This document shows positions 26,107 to 40,085 of a stretch of 64,000 nucleotides of DNA, in pieces. The translations under genes and the position numbers were made by a program. The stretch spans positions 5,119,905 to 5,183,904 of the forward strand of contig NC_068992.1 in assembly GCF_001194135.2 (NCBI RefSeq). Reading direction: 5' to 3'. This DNA is from Octopus bimaculoides. Taxonomy: Eukaryota. The notes below the pieces were generated by a model that searched no databases, was not told the DNA's origin, and saw only the letters and a list, made by a program, of their open reading frames with translations. Every line of letters starts with the position of its first letter. Within the stretch, counting starts at the first letter, position 1.

Positions 26107-26207
26107 TTATTTATCTATTTATTTATTTATTTATGAGGTTACACTGTAGCTCTTTCACCCTTGGACGGGTATTACTTTTTGGTCCAGCAGGGTGTCCAAC
26201 AATCACA
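25977..26207. mobile_element. Palindromic MITE-like / foldback element with a (TA)n centre
   Basis: The arms 25977-~26050 and ~26123-26207 are reverse complements with 3 mismatches and one 9-nt indel. Termini are TGT...ACA and the flanks are CTTCA / CTTCT. Confidence 0.7.
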
Positions 26208-26370
26208 CTTCTTACGAAGCTCGCCTGGTGGGGTTGCTTGCTTACTCGCCGACGACCCGACTATGTAACAGGTTTACTGGATTACATGTTACCAGTGGCT
26301 CTCAAGCGTGACCTGGCATATGTATACGCACACACATACATACATACATGCACAAATACATACATACATG

Positions 26371-26407
<37 letters not shown>

Positions 26408-27177
26408 AAAACAAGACAGAGGTAGAAACTGTTAAATTAATTTTATCATGAAGAATATTTTTAGAAAAATAATGGAACGCTTCGAGAATTTGCGTGCGTT
26501 TGTATGTATATGTGTGTGTATGAAAATATGAGTATTATATTTAGTAAGAATATCTTTGTTTCTGACGAACTGCATTTGTAAATGACATACTAAACGGCAT
26601 AACTATCTTAAATGTGCGTTTATCCCCAGCAAAGTTGGATATGTCGCAATTTATGTTGTATTGTTTCAAATTGTATCGCCTCGAGATTCAAAGAAAAATC
26701 AAATCGAGTATAAGATAATCTAATATAATTGTCGCTTATCATGTATGATGATTTTCCCCTGATACAGATTTTTTATTGGTGTATAAATCGATATCGTACC
26801 GAATGTACACATGATTTGGATGAATTTGTGAGCTTACAAATAAAATTTCCTTCTTCATATATAAATCTAGTAACATTTTTTAGCACATTAGTGAGATATG
26901 TCTGAGGAATAATCTTATTCATCATCGTCTGTCAGTAATGCAAGTACATTGATGTTCTGTGGCAATATAACTTATTTCTTATTTTTCGACATAAGACGTA
27001 TTTGTATTTTGTTTATTCTTCTGCATGTCGGTGCTCGCTCGAATATCGACGGACAAGTTGAACGAAATTATGTTTACCTTCCTATTTCAGCTATTCTGTG
27101 AATGAAAGTATATTTAATATTCAACTTAAAGCTTCGCACTGGCGGTTTATTATAGAAAAAATAATTTTGTAAGACAA

Positions 27178-27305
27178 GAACTTTGTTTTCGAACTACATA
27201 ATACCGGGGTTCAGTCTCATTACGTGGAAAATTGGGCAAGTGTCTTGTAGTACAGCACTGGTTAGACCAAATCAAAATTTTGTCAGTTGTTTTGCTAGAA
27301 AGAAG
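27178..27305 (+). mobile_element. SINE family B, 5' part
   Basis: CCGGGGTTCAGTCTCATTACGTGGAAAATTGGGCAAGTGTCTTGTAGTACAGC. Confidence 0.75.
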
Positions 27306-27329
27306 GTAATAATTACTGGCTATATATAT

Positions 27330-27411
27330 NNNNNNNNNNNNNNNNNNNNNNNNNNNNNNNNNNNNNNNNNNNNNNNNNNNNNNNNNNNNNNNNNNNNNNN
27401 NNNNNNNNNNN
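27330..27411. other. Assembly gap (N)
   Basis: N run. Confidence 1.
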
Positions 27412-30400
27412 ATATATATATATATATATAATCTACCGCAGTTGTGGGGATCAATTTGATCTTTGCCTAAGATGCATCCGCCGCAATAGTTATTCACATC
27501 ACAATTGTCATTGATGTGTTAGAGAAACGCGAACGAAGCAAACACTTGGTTTTGGCAAAGCATTTATAGCGTGTAGATGAATGAGTTTCCAAGACTGCTG
27601 TGTTGGAATATGATAGATCCATACTCATCCGGCAATGAAATAAAGACACCAATTGTTAGGCACTTCCCAGATGACAGTTATGCTATAAATATAGAAATAC
27701 AAGGAAAGCATCGCAAGCTTTTGCTTTTTCCGTAAAATTTCACTTGCCACCAGCATTCTGTTTATACGTAGAGTAGTAGACTTTTCCAGTATATGGAATC
27801 GAACGAAAGTCATTATTCTTTTTCATGGATAGATGAATCAATGTGATGGAGAAGATTGATGCTAATGACTGACTCAATCAATATTGATATACTGGCAGTA
27901 ATTGCAATAGATGACTACATCCGCTAGTTATATTGACTCATCGTCATTGAAATAGAAAGCATTACAGTCTCTTATAAGGTATTATAAATTATTTCACAGT
28001 TAAGAGCAAGTTAGAGTGAGAGAGAATGATTGAAATGTTTGGAGACGATAAATTATAGATTCAAGTTATGTGTAAATGCAGGTTTGATATTCGCGGGGAT
28101 TTTCCCACCCTTACTGTGGTGAATGTGCTCTTAGTTGTGAAACTAGGTGAGAAGTGTAAGTAATACCACGACATGCGATTTATCTGGTATTGCCTGAGTG
28201 CATTTAAATGGGATATAGACAATAGATGTTGCAGTGGATGTTCGGAAAATCTGTTTACATATTTTCAATAATTATTTAGTTTAGGATTGGTTCAAACATT
28301 TCTGTGTATAAATGAAGAATTACATCTAGCAAATTTACTAATTTATCACGCTTTCAGCTATACATAACCTTACGTTTTAAAGAAGTTATTTAGTTTTCTG
28401 TTTCTATATGTTTCCTTTTCCACTACAATTTTCTACCAGTAAAAAGCCTAAAATTTTGAAGCAACAGACATGTTCTGTTGAGGCACCAAGATCTTTACAG
28501 AAGCAATCTGAAGAGCGCTTATTTTTACTTAATCATAGTAAACTGCGAAACTTGCATCGGGCGAGTGTTGCTTAGATTGTAGATAGATTATCGATTATGC
28601 TCTTCCTATTTTAATACACTGCTTTGCATAATGTGGTATATTTTCTGTTTTCGATAATCATCGGCAGTATCAGAAACTGGCAATAAAATACAAAAGAAGT
28701 GGCATTGGGGAAATGGAAACAAATATCATTTCTGTAGTGGAGATAATTATATACTCTGATTTGTTTGGGGAATAAAGTGATACTGATCACAATATCATGT
28801 ACGCCTTCTTTGAAAGTTTGTGTTTCAAAACATATATTACGGATTTAAGGTTTTTTTTTATGAAGTGTTACACGACGTAATATATATCAGCAGAAGAGTT
28901 GAATTTATGAAACCACTGAATAAAAGAATCATCTCTATTAGTGTGAGTGCCATGCTGTTTGCAATCCTTAACAAAATTGCGATAGCAATCCTAAACTGAG
29001 GAAGAATCTCGTCAAATGAAAGATTTGTGTGATTGACAGTTATTCAATTGCGTATATTTTAAATAATTGTGCCGGGCAATGCGAAGTATTTTGCGTATGT
29101 GATCATCACAGTGATCGAGGGGTCTCTGCCTTGGTACTGTAGACGTAAACTTATTCAGTGGGTGCGATTAAGATGTGCTGACATCAACGATTTATCTTTT
29201 TTAATTCCATGTTTGATGAAAACGTTTCTTTGGAGTGGGGGGGGGGTGTAATGTAATCTTTTCTGTACTTGGCTACACTGAACGAACGATTTCTTTCGGT
29301 GAAAATGATAGGAGTGGAACCCTGCTTAGCTCCTTACCAAGAAGATATATCCTATTTGAAAGATCGAAATATTTCCTGAGTTTCTCTTAAAGATTATTGG
29401 TTTCTATGTAACAAGAAATTACGAAGCATATCTACACAGAAGGGTTTGAAAACATCTTATATTTAACGCGATATACATTAGAGAGAAACATTTTGGTGAT
29501 CATCAAATATTCTTCTAGCAAATTTTATTTTGACCTCTTATTATAAATACTGATTAAATCGTTTCCATGAAGCAATGCATAAATCTGCATACACATATAG
29601 CACCATCAAATCCGTTTTCTACAACAAATAGTTTAACTTCTGAATACATATTGCCATATATTATTACAAATGAATGTCATGTGAACACTTATAAGTTAAT
29701 CTTTCTGTAAGAGTAATTTCTGACAAGACACTCTGTTGGGAAGTTAATAAAAATGTCTAAATAAGTTTTGTATGTCTCAGAATAATGCCAAATTTATTTC
29801 CTTGTGACGTAATAAAAGCATTGTCTAGACTCTGTGATTATCTACATATATTTTCGTTGATATTGCACTAAAATTTCCTACAGTCTAATAAAGTATATAA
29901 TTGATTTTTCCAAAATTGTCTGAATATTTCTAATGGCAATATGCGTTACGTAAGTGGAATTTAGAGTTGCATTCACACAGTTAAATATAGTGTCACATTT
30001 GGTAGTTGAGAAATGATGAAACAGTTAAGCTAATGAATGCAATCCTGATATACTATCAGGGAAGGAAGAGAATGAAATATTCAAATTTTATAATGAGCCA
30101 ATTATTCTTTTTATCATTAATCGTATGGCTCCAGTTATTAGAAAGAGGAATATTCAAGTAATTTAGAATTTTTTCTTGAATCTCAATTTGTGTCGAAAGT
30201 TACTGTAATTAAGAAGATCACATTTGCAGAAAATTATATTGCATTTTAACTATTGTGAAGTTATCAATGATTGTAATACAACAACTGAAGTGTATTCAGC
30301 TGAAAATGGGAATCTCATCGCATATTCAAGATTATTCTAAAGCTAATAACGACACTGATGAATATTAAATTTTTATTCCAGCTATCAAGGGAGACTTTAC

Positions 30401-30668
30401 TCGGTTAACCAGCATGCACGCTTGAGTGATCAGAGAAATTTCAGTTACAATGTACAAATGGACTTAAAAATCCCAAGGCAAACTTACTCACTCACACATA
30501 CATTCCGTGCATACAGAAGCACACACCCATATAGTCGCTCACATATACACTCCGTGCATACATAAACACACGCACACATGCATATATATATGTGTGTATA
30601 TGTATGTGTATGTATATATATATATTATATATATATTTATACATATCTGTACACACACACATACATAC

Positions 30669-30745
<77 letters not shown>

Positions 30746-30789
30746 TTCATGTGTGTATATATGTGTAGTCCGTTAGCAAGTCTCCGTTC

Positions 30790-31328
30790 GACAAAGAAGC
30801 ATTATGCGAACCAAAATAATTCTTTATAGCTCCTTGAATGTCGCTGTCTTCTAAGAGACGAAAATACTGTCATTTAACCTCGGGAAATATCTCCTCCAGG
30901 TTTTTTTAGTGCAGTTCGTTCACGCGATATTTAGTGCAAACGAGAGATAACTCTTGCCACCCTAATCTCAAGACCACCAGGTTGTCGTGAAGCCAGCGTG
31001 GCATCATCGGTCGGCGGAATCTTCTGGACCTTTTGAGTTTGAGAATCACCAAAATTTTGACAAAACCTAATGCGATATCTTTGGTTGATACGTTCGATGA
31101 AACCGAAAATACAATGAGCGTGCGCTACTGTCTGTATTCTAGGCATGTCAACTGGGAACTGATACGGTGAAACGGCGCAAAAATCTTCTAGTCTGCACAG
31201 GAAGAATTTCATCTGCTCCCACCTTAGGTATTTTCTCCATGCAGCATTATATTTAACGGAAAAAAATGTTTACTGGAATGACTACAAAACAAGTGATGTC
31301 TTGAAATATATTTTGATCTTCCACATAT
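30790..31328 (-). mobile_element. Internally deleted mariner relic
   Basis: The minus strand contains IERINQRYRIRFCQNFGDSQTQKVQKI (mariner N-terminus, QR..IKFC.KLGDS), then CTTCACGACAAC (LHDN). A degenerate TIR-like end lies near 31328. Confidence 0.6.
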
Positions 31329-32134
31329 ACTTCAACACAAGTTGATAAACACAATTTCAAAAGCGTGCAAGGCATGACCGACCCTTAACTTCTTTAGATA
31401 TATTGCTTCTAAAATATATATATACAATGTCCTTTAATAGCATTGTTAAATCGTCAACATATATAAGTCAACATGTATAAGTCGTGAACATATATAACAT
31501 GCTGCAGGATAATGTTGTAGATTGCGATATTCGTAATTAGCACTAACATCAAAATTATGGATTCAAAGATTGATAAATATATTTCTTTCCGTGTCTATAA
31601 TACATTTACTAATTACCAAATTCCTTTTATTGTTAGGTGGTTAATATGGAATTTGGAAACAGAATCATTTCTGAAAGCCGTCTACGGATAAAAGATTATT
31701 CATCATATTTCCTGAGGTGTGTCATCGCCTGAGGAAAAACAAAATCATTTGTCAGTATGCTGTTTTCAAGTACAAATTTTCCGTCGGAGTTAGCTACTGT
31801 TTTCTGTACCTTTGCTATATAATGAACAAATCCTTCCAAACGATATTAATTTTGTACTAGTAACCAGAAAAATCAATATGTGTCTAATACCCATTATACG
31901 ATTACCAATGCATCTATAATTGAAATAATATCGAAATAATCTTTCATGAAGTGTCTATGAGAATTTTGAAACGATTTAAACCTGGGGGAGATATTTTATT
32001 AGTAAAATGTCGCCGAAATACGGTGAAGCTTACTAATAGTAAATAACAATTGTAATACATGTTTGAATTAAAATGTATTTCAGCAGATTCTTTTTATTAT
32101 TGAATTAAGTTAGCTCAAAGCTAGATATCATACA

Positions 32135-32570
32135 TGAAATCTCGCACTCTGTCCCCTCCACCTGGCGTCTTAAACAGAGCACACATCTATCCTCATTTTC
32201 CTCAGTTCCTCACACACCTCATTTCCTTTTCCACGCAGACTTCCCACATTCAAACTTCACAATCTCACCCCAAACCTCGGCATCATAACGCAAGTCGTAC
32301 TTGCACGGCCTAGGATAAGGGTTTACATCGTCCTTTTTTGATGTAGGGAGGTGCAGCCCAACCTTTGGGCTGGCTGGTACCCATGCTCTTTTGCTATTGT
32401 CATGGGTTTTTTCATAGCTGGATTTTCTACGAAAAGCATGCCCTTCCTTACTCTTAACCTGAGTTTCTAGACATGAGTGTCTCCGAGACCAAGGCATCTA
32501 CCACGATTTTTAAGAAATCCCGTGCAAAACTAGCTCGGGAAGGCAGGGACGCTACTCCCTAAGACCCCTT
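32135..32570 (-). mobile_element. RTE-clade LINE 5' end (5' UTR plus start of AP-endonuclease)
   Basis: The minus strand encodes LNVGSLRGKGNEVCEELRKMRIDVCSV*DARWRGQSARFM, which is the APE N-terminal pattern (NV.....K........ID..CVQETRW). It is preceded by a GC-rich UTR containing GTAAGGAAGGGCATG. Confidence 0.8.
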
Positions 32571-33089
32571 TTGTATCCCACCTACTTTTGATTAATGAAA
32601 GTTGGTTACCGATGTGATGCGTAAATTTATTGAATCTTAGTATTGTTTTTGATGCGACTCAAGCGACGTTTTAGTTGATTTTATTTATTTGTCGGCAAGA
32701 AGTTGTTAATGCACGCTTTTCTTATGTTTATAATGTATAAAATTCCACATATTCCACAACGTAACCCACTTATATCTATTTTAAGACAGTGTAATGGAGT
32801 TTAAAGATAGTATGGTAAGTTATATTCTGGGATATAAGCCATCGTTGAGACCAGCGCATGTTGCGCCTTTACGTAGATACCATTTGTATAGCAGGATTAT
32901 CTCTGAAGCTTTCTGCAGGTACAGTACGGCAGCAGAATGGTTTATTTTTACAGCAAAGATAATTATCAGAGTGGATACACATCTGATAAAATTTTAGATA
33001 AAGAAATCACACTTGCACATATATTTAGGTATGTATGTGTACGTATGTATGTATCTATCTATCTGTGTGTGTCTGTCTGTGTGTGTTTG

Positions 33090-33140
<51 letters not shown>

Positions 33141-33419
33141 GTCTACCTCTATATATAACAGAGCAGTGCATGCCATCACTTTGATGGCATGCACTGCTCT
33201 CTCACTCAATAATGATGATAATAATCATAATAAAAGTAACAACACAAGAACAACAAGAACAAGAACAAGAACAAGAACAAGAACAACAACAGCAACAACA
33301 ACAACAATAACAATAATAATAACGATACTAATTATTATTTTCTTTTTTATTTACAGAGATGTCCAACAGTTTTAGATAAATTGATGATTCGAAGCCTTAA
33401 ATCTGCATACAAGGATACT

Positions 33420-33495
33420 ATTTATAGTTTACAGAGGAATGAAAAGTGAATTGATCTCAGCAGATTTGGAATTTAGATCATAAAGAGCTTTAACT
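33420..33495 (-). mobile_element. Degenerate SINE family A core fragment
   Basis: GAGGAATGAAAAGTGAATTGATCTCAGCAGATTTGGAATTTAGATCATAAAG resembles GAAAGGATGAAAGGCAAAGTCGACCTCGGCGGAATTTGAACTCAGAACGTAAAG. Confidence 0.45.
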
Positions 33496-33957
33496 AATGC
33501 ATTTCTCTTGAGAATCTAATAGTTATAAGTGAGTGTATTATGTAAAGTGTATATAACTAACATGTATATTATATTAAAAGAGAATCATTGTTTATGAATA
33601 ATGTCTGTGTTGAAAGATGTTTCGTCTGAACATATGAAACTTATTATTTTCTCTAGTGTCACGTATATATTCTATCTCAATCAATTTTTAATGTTGATTT
33701 TGCAATATGTCACTAGCGACTTCCGTTTGTATTATATATTCAACTACGATGTACCAATTACATATGTATTTCTACCAATGGAAAATGTGTTTGCATAGAC
33801 ATATGTATTATTTAATGCATACTTGAATCAGGCATTCTTACAGTTTGACAACGCTGCAACATATAGTGCTTAACTTTTTAGAAGTCAACATATGAATACT
33901 AAATATTAAATTTTATATATACTTATACATACACATATATGTGTGTGTGTGTGTGTA

Positions 33958-34006
<49 letters not shown>

Positions 34007-35081
34007 TTTTTGAAATGCTGTACAAATAGTTTATATTGAAGAAAGGAAGCAGTCGGAATTTGCGATTATTCTGCACTAGGGCTTTCATTCGTTTACCGGA
34101 CATGTCAAGACAAAATCAAAACCGAAATGGTAAATACCGAGGATTTCCTTGGTCAATTATATGAATAGGATGCATCTTGCTTTGTTTAAAAGAGGAGAAA
34201 ATAGTTTTATTTTTTCGAAAAATGGGGAAAGAGAGAAAATGAACGAGTGGGGAAATAGTGTGACAGCGAGAAAGAAAGAGAGACGATTCAGGACAACCAA
34301 CAAAAAAGAAACAATAATAAAAGATGGGGAGAGGATAGATAAATGCATAGATAGATAGAGAGATAGACAGACAGATAAATAAATAGAGAGCAGGAGAGAA
34401 AAATGTGATCAATTCATTGAAATTTCATTACAAAGCATTTTTCTTTTTTCTCCATTATTTCTTTTTCCTTCCCATTGCATACCTGTCAACATACTTCTCA
34501 GAAGGACCGGTGATCTTTCAAAACGTCAATTTTAGGAAGTAGGAGAGGAGAGATAATAAAAGAGGTGGGGGGCGGTCATCACTGAAAAATAAAAAAAAGA
34601 TTTCAAATTTCAAAGTCCTATGAAAACGTATATTCCTTTACATTTGCTTGAACAGACATTAAATATTACAACAATATTTATAAATGAGGAAAATAAAGTT
34701 AGAATAAAAAAATATATATTTGGTACTGTTTATAATACTCTCTATTCTCTATGTATATTTAATGAAACATCATATATGTGTTTTGTATTAATATGTATAT
34801 TGCATATTTAGCTGGAATCCACTCTGTAAAGTATAAATCACATAATACAGCATGGTCTGCTTACATACAATTTTGAGTAGATTTCATCATTTTGCAGTTT
34901 TTCTTTTTCGTTTTCTTGGATAAGTTAATTCAAAAGAGACCTCGATCTCGGGTACATGTAAGTTCTCTAAGAACAACAGTTGTCAAAATCGCAATGATAT
35001 ACACACACGCACACATGCACACACTCATACACATACACACACATGCACACACTCATACACAAACACACATGTACATACATG

Positions 35082-35115
<34 letters not shown>

Positions 35116-35280
35116 CACACACACACACACACATACATCTGATCATTTATAGTGATGAGTATCACGTTGTTAACAATCAGAAACAACAGTAACAGTGTAA
35201 TAATATGTTTTCTTTTCCTCCATCAACATTACTATTTAAAATAAAATAACAATAAAAATGTAGTTTATCTGCTTCTCTTT

Positions 35281-35607
35281 CAAATATCTAATTTTGTAGA
35301 GAATTTTTTGATGAAGTGTAACTCCATTGCATTTCGGAATTTAGTGTCTTATCTTGAACATTTGTAAAATGGGAAGATTTTGAACTTTCCTTCAGTGCAT
35401 TTTTCTAGATGATTGCTCAATAGAATCTTGCGCAATTTCTCTTGTCGGATGTGTTCTCTGTGGATTCTTGCAAGTTGGCAAAGGGAATTGTTTGTTTTGC
35501 CGATGTATTTTTTTCTTGCAGTTGATGCAAGTAAAGCTGTATACTAGATTCTGCGTCGTGCACTTCATATCTTCATTTACTTTGAACGAGAATCCATTCT
35601 TGAATCG
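35281..35607 (-). mobile_element. Penelope-like element GIY-YIG endonuclease relic (Neptune-like)
   Basis: FKNGFSFKVNEDMKCTTQNLVYSFTCINCKK-[frameshift]-YIGKTNNSLCQLARIHREHIRQEKLRKILLSNHLEKCTEGKFKIFPFYKCSR*DTKFRNAMELHFIKKFSTKLDI*. It shows the LVY...C..C...YIG.T motif, conserved H-R, the catalytic E and the terminal L(N/D). Confidence 0.85.
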
Positions 35608-36335
35608 GCTCCTCATCACGTGTCCTCCTTGACACGCTTCCAAATTTCGCATTAGAACTCTCGGTTGACGAACTGGCCCAGGGTGTCGAATTGTCGATGC
35701 ACAATACCACGGATGTCGACAAAAATTATGACCATACTCTTGATTGAGCTGCATCTCTGTCGTGCCTTCTTCGGTCGTGGAGATGAAGGCCTTTTTCCAT
35801 TGTGAAGACTATTACTTCGTATCAGGGTCATGCTCGTAGATCCAACCTCTCTTCACCGGTGGTGATCCTCGGCATGAAGGATATGTAATCAATGGCACTC
35901 TGATGGAGATATTGACAAACCAACCACATCAGAAATATCATCCGATGGTCCTCATATAAAAGCTGATGAATTTTCTCCACCTTTCTGGGGTTGACACTGC
36001 AAAGCATGTATTCCAGATCGCTAATCGTCTTTCAGGTTCGTTATTTCGCTTTTGACAATCTTGTGTCACCCATTGCTTCGTCGCCGAAAGCTTGTCGAAG
36101 CATGCTTATTTTGATTCTTTGTTTCCACTTCCTGTCCATGACAAAACCTGAGATTACAGCATACATATATTCACATAAACACAAATTTCACAACTTGCAA
36201 AGTAGACGCAGCAATGTCACACCTCACACTCCTTTATGAAGGTCACTGCTAGCTCTCAATGCACAGGCAACCGCATCATTACGTCTGTTGGCGTGCTACA
36301 GAACTAGTCCCGGCACTTTTGGATACCAACTCGTA
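35608..36335 (-). mobile_element. Mariner relic (left TIR, deleted transposase), same family as 47560-48258
   Basis: Left end TA-CGAGTTGGTATCCAAAAGTGCCGGGACT. Translations MDRKWKQR, ITTGEE-WIYEHDPDTK**SSQWK and PRPKKARQRCSSIKSMVIIFVDIRGIVHRQF...VNREF*CEIWKRVKEDV. Confidence 0.85.
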
Positions 36336-37720
36336 CCTATGTTATTATTCAAGATGTTTAAGCTTCGTAGTTTAAGCACCATGGATATTGGGACGTTATT
36401 AGTCAACTCATGTCACTGGTATGAATGCAGCTATAAGTTTCATACTGCTGGTCGCAGGTGGGAGAGGTAGTCCAGAGATAGTGAGGACAAAACGTCCTCC
36501 ATAGAACCAGAATAGTTTCTATTTCCCTTCATCTGAATGTTTTCATAATCTCTTCAGCCACACATTGCAAATGTTTTGGTAACACGTAAGCGAAACGAGT
36601 CGTCGTTACTTATATCAGCCATCGGATCACTTATTCTGTTTGACTTGGGAATATACACTCCTTTCGTCTTAAAATAACATGTTGCAGCATGTTAACGCAA
36701 GCTAGCTGATAGCGAATGGCTTAGAAATTTCCTGCAGTTCATCAATTCCGTGGGCAGTCTGACGTAGTTTTTGTGCAATTGAAATATCTAAACGACTAAA
36801 TGGCTGCACGCTAAATTTGATGTTTAGTATTTAAAAATTAAGATACAAGAATTTGAGAAAAATCTTCCTACGACTCACTCTCAAAGTAATCCAAATATTT
36901 TCACATCAGATTATTTGATATCCTGACGTTTGTCCGTATATCGGTCTTTGATCTTCCTCCAATAAATTTTAAATCTCTGCTTTTCTTTCAAGTTGTGTTA
37001 TATGATTCTCTAATTATTAATTAAAAGCTTTCAGTAGCATGCTTTAATCAAAACACTCAATGGTTTGTAGATTTATTACAAACAGAATTAGGTTGATGAT
37101 CATTTTCACGAAGTTAAATAATGAACGGATCTTATTTGGATGAAATGAATTCTATAATTCTCGATGTTCATGTTATATATTTTGTTTCTGGTGGAGTCGC
37201 TGAAAATTGAGGTGTTTGTTGTTGTGATGGTGTAGGTGATAATTGTTGGTGGTATCGACATTCCTCAGGAATATCATGATGACGATAAGGCTATAGGCAA
37301 AGAACTACAACGCCCATGATAATGGTGTTAATGACATATTATTATTGGATTTAGAATATCTTTCCTAAGACTAAGACTTTGCAGGGCAGTTGCTGAAACT
37401 GAACGCCCAAGGAGAATGAAACGTGAATAGTTGTGAATATTAATAACAACGATTAGCATCATTTTATTTACTCCATTTACACGTAGCTATAGATACCCAA
37501 TTGAAGATATAGTCGAAGAAAAAAAACGATTTATGCTTATATTTATGAAATAGTTATGGTGATTTCAATGAGGCATATGTATGCAGCGTTTTCCCTGCAG
37601 TTTATCCATATCGCTATGCATAATCGAAATAACAATATATTTATATACTTATATGTCTGTGCTAGTGTGAGTGTTTCAGTGTGTGTATGTGTGTACGTGA
37701 GTGTGAGAGAGATTATGTGT

Positions 37721-37775
<55 letters not shown>

Positions 37776-38479
37776 TTGCGTGTGTGTATGCACGCATGTT
37801 TCTATGAAAGTATTTTAAGTTCATATAAAGAAGAAACGCAGTTATACGCAGACACAAGATCGCACCCAGACATTGACTGGCAGGCATTTAGATAGAGGCA
37901 GTCGATTATTGCATAGTAGACACTACAAAATGTCTACAGCTATAATGTTTGTGATCACATTTCTGCTAGACAGAAATGAATACGATGCCAATCTCCAAAG
38001 ACAGCAATACCAAAAGAAATACTTGCAACATCATTAAGATCTTGTTTAATACAGGCTTATATATGGTAGTCTCTGTCATAAATTTTAAATGAGGAGGAAA
38101 ATTCTCGACACAATCTCATGTGAAATATGTCAAAACCTGTTTTTGTAAATGTATAGAAAATTATAAACATGAAACTAAGAACAGAGACATCTAAGTAAAA
38201 ATATACATTAACCCTATGAATTTTCAGATAGAACTGGTAACATGTAAATGTAAGTATGAAAGGAAATCGTCTTCATTATCATCATATACTCATCATTCTT
38301 CTAATTACAATCATCATCACCATTATCATTTGTCATTCATCAATTATGATCAGTAAGAAGGAAAAGCAAAGTTAATACGTTCGGTGCAGTCGAACACGTT
38401 GCTGTCTGTGTGTGTCATTGTGTTGGTGCGTGTTTGTGTGTCCATCTGTATATATGTATGTCTGTGTAGATGAATATAT

Positions 38480-38588
38480 ACACCGCCTTGCATGTAGGTA
38501 ATGGACATATTTTGTATGTACTATAGACACGGGTCTACCAAATGTATGTGAGTGGATATGGTAGACGGAACCTGAGAGAAACCGGTCA

Positions 38589-38595
<7 letters not shown>
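38480..38595 (+). mobile_element. SINE family B fragment
   Basis: CTATAGACACGGGTCTACCAAATGTATGTGAGTGGATATGGTAGACGGAACCTGAGAGAA. Confidence 0.75.
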
Positions 38596-38623
<28 letters not shown>

Positions 38624-39162
38624 NNNNNNNNNNNNNNNNNNNNNNNNNNNNNNNNNNNNNNNNNNNNNNNNNNNNNNNNNNNNNNNNNNNNNNNNNNNNN
38701 NNNNNNNNNNNNNNNNNNNNNNNNNNNNNNNNNNNNNNNNNNNNNNNNNNNNNNNNNNNNNNNNNNNNNNNNNNNNNNNNNNNNNNNNNNNNNNNNNNNN
38801 NNNNNNNNNNNNNNNNNNNNNNNNNNNNNNNNNNNNNNNNNNNNNNNNNNNNNNNNNNNNNNNNNNNNNNNNNNNNNNNNNNNNNNNNNNNNNNNNNNNN
38901 NNNNNNNNNNNNNNNNNNNNNNNNNNNNNNNNNNNNNNNNNNNNNNNNNNNNNNNNNNNNNNNNNNNNNNNNNNNNNNNNNNNNNNNNNNNNNNNNNNNN
39001 NNNNNNNNNNNNNNNNNNNNNNNNNNNNNNNNNNNNNNNNNNNNNNNNNNNNNNNNNNNNNNNNNNNNNNNNNNNNNNNNNNNNNNNNNNNNNNNNNNNN
39101 NNNNNNNNNNNNNNNNNNNNNNNNNNNNNNNNNNNNNNNNNNNNNNNNNNNNNNNNNNNNNN
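38624..39162. other. Assembly gap (N)
   Basis: N run. Confidence 1.
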
Positions 39163-39202
<40 letters not shown>

Positions 39203-39982
39203 CATATACATTCGTGCTTGTCTATATTTTATCTACCAGATGATAATCAGTAGGTTAGATAGTATGTTATTATATTTTAATATCAGCCATATAATATTTC
39301 AGAACATAATATTCCCAAAAACAATTCTATCGACAGTCATTTTTATTAGTGTCATAATGCACAGGAAAGAAATTATTTATATACCCGCTCTTCGTTATGG
39401 TTCCTTGGAGAGATAATCCATCGTGTTTTATAAACTACATTTGCCACTTTGTCTTTGACAAACGTTATTATTCTCACACTATATTTTTCAATTAATCAAA
39501 GTATAGGAAACAAAACTGTTTGAAAAGAAATTTTCTATAAGAGATTATTACTGTTACTGCGAAATGAATTGAACAAAAATACTTCATACGGACACCTATA
39601 ATTGGTTCTATGGAAATTGAAGTAGACACAATATAGTGTTTTATACACTTCATTGTTAGATTCTTTTTTCCGTATTGTTTGTAAGGTATATAAAAAAAAA
39701 ATTCTGTGGAAATTCGCCAATGAAAAATCATATATTAATTTACATTTTTATTTTTCGATCATTTTTATATTTGTACTTCTGCAAATTTGTTTTCATCTAC
39801 CAAATATTTTCATTGAAAGTAGAACCTGAAACATTTTGTTTTTAATTTTTACTTCATGTTGTCACTGGAGTGTGAAGTACGTGTTTCACAAGATGGATAT
39901 AAAGTCATACTCACAAAACGTAGAGTGAAGATGTGTTATATACAAATACACGCATACACACTCACTTATACGCACGCACAAA

Positions 39983-40085
39983 TTACCAGGTTTACAAAGA
40001 ATAAGTCCTGGGATCTATTTGCGCGACTGAAGAGGGTGCTCCGGCATGAACGCTGTGAAATGACTGAAATAAATAAAAGAAGAAA
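39983..40085 (+). mobile_element. SINE family B 3' tail fragment
   Basis: CCAGGTTTACAAAGAATAAGTCCTGGGATC...GGTGCTCCGGCATGAACGCTGTGAAATGACTGAAATAAATAAAAGA. The last part is homologous to the reverse complement of about 62370-62410, and it is followed by a short (AAAAG)n-type tail. Confidence 0.7.

Noticed and set aside
28082-28146. GGGGATTTTCCC (NF-kB-like, 28095-28106) inside a possible 65-nt exon (FDIRGDFPTLTVVNVLLVVKL)
   Set aside because: It is a single motif with a weak acceptor, and its phases do not chain with the other candidates.
40020-40070. CTGAAGA in the SINE B tail as a second hammerhead
   Set aside because: There is no stem II followed by GAAA and no stem I partner. Other CTGANGA hits that I scanned by eye on both strands also lacked the fold.
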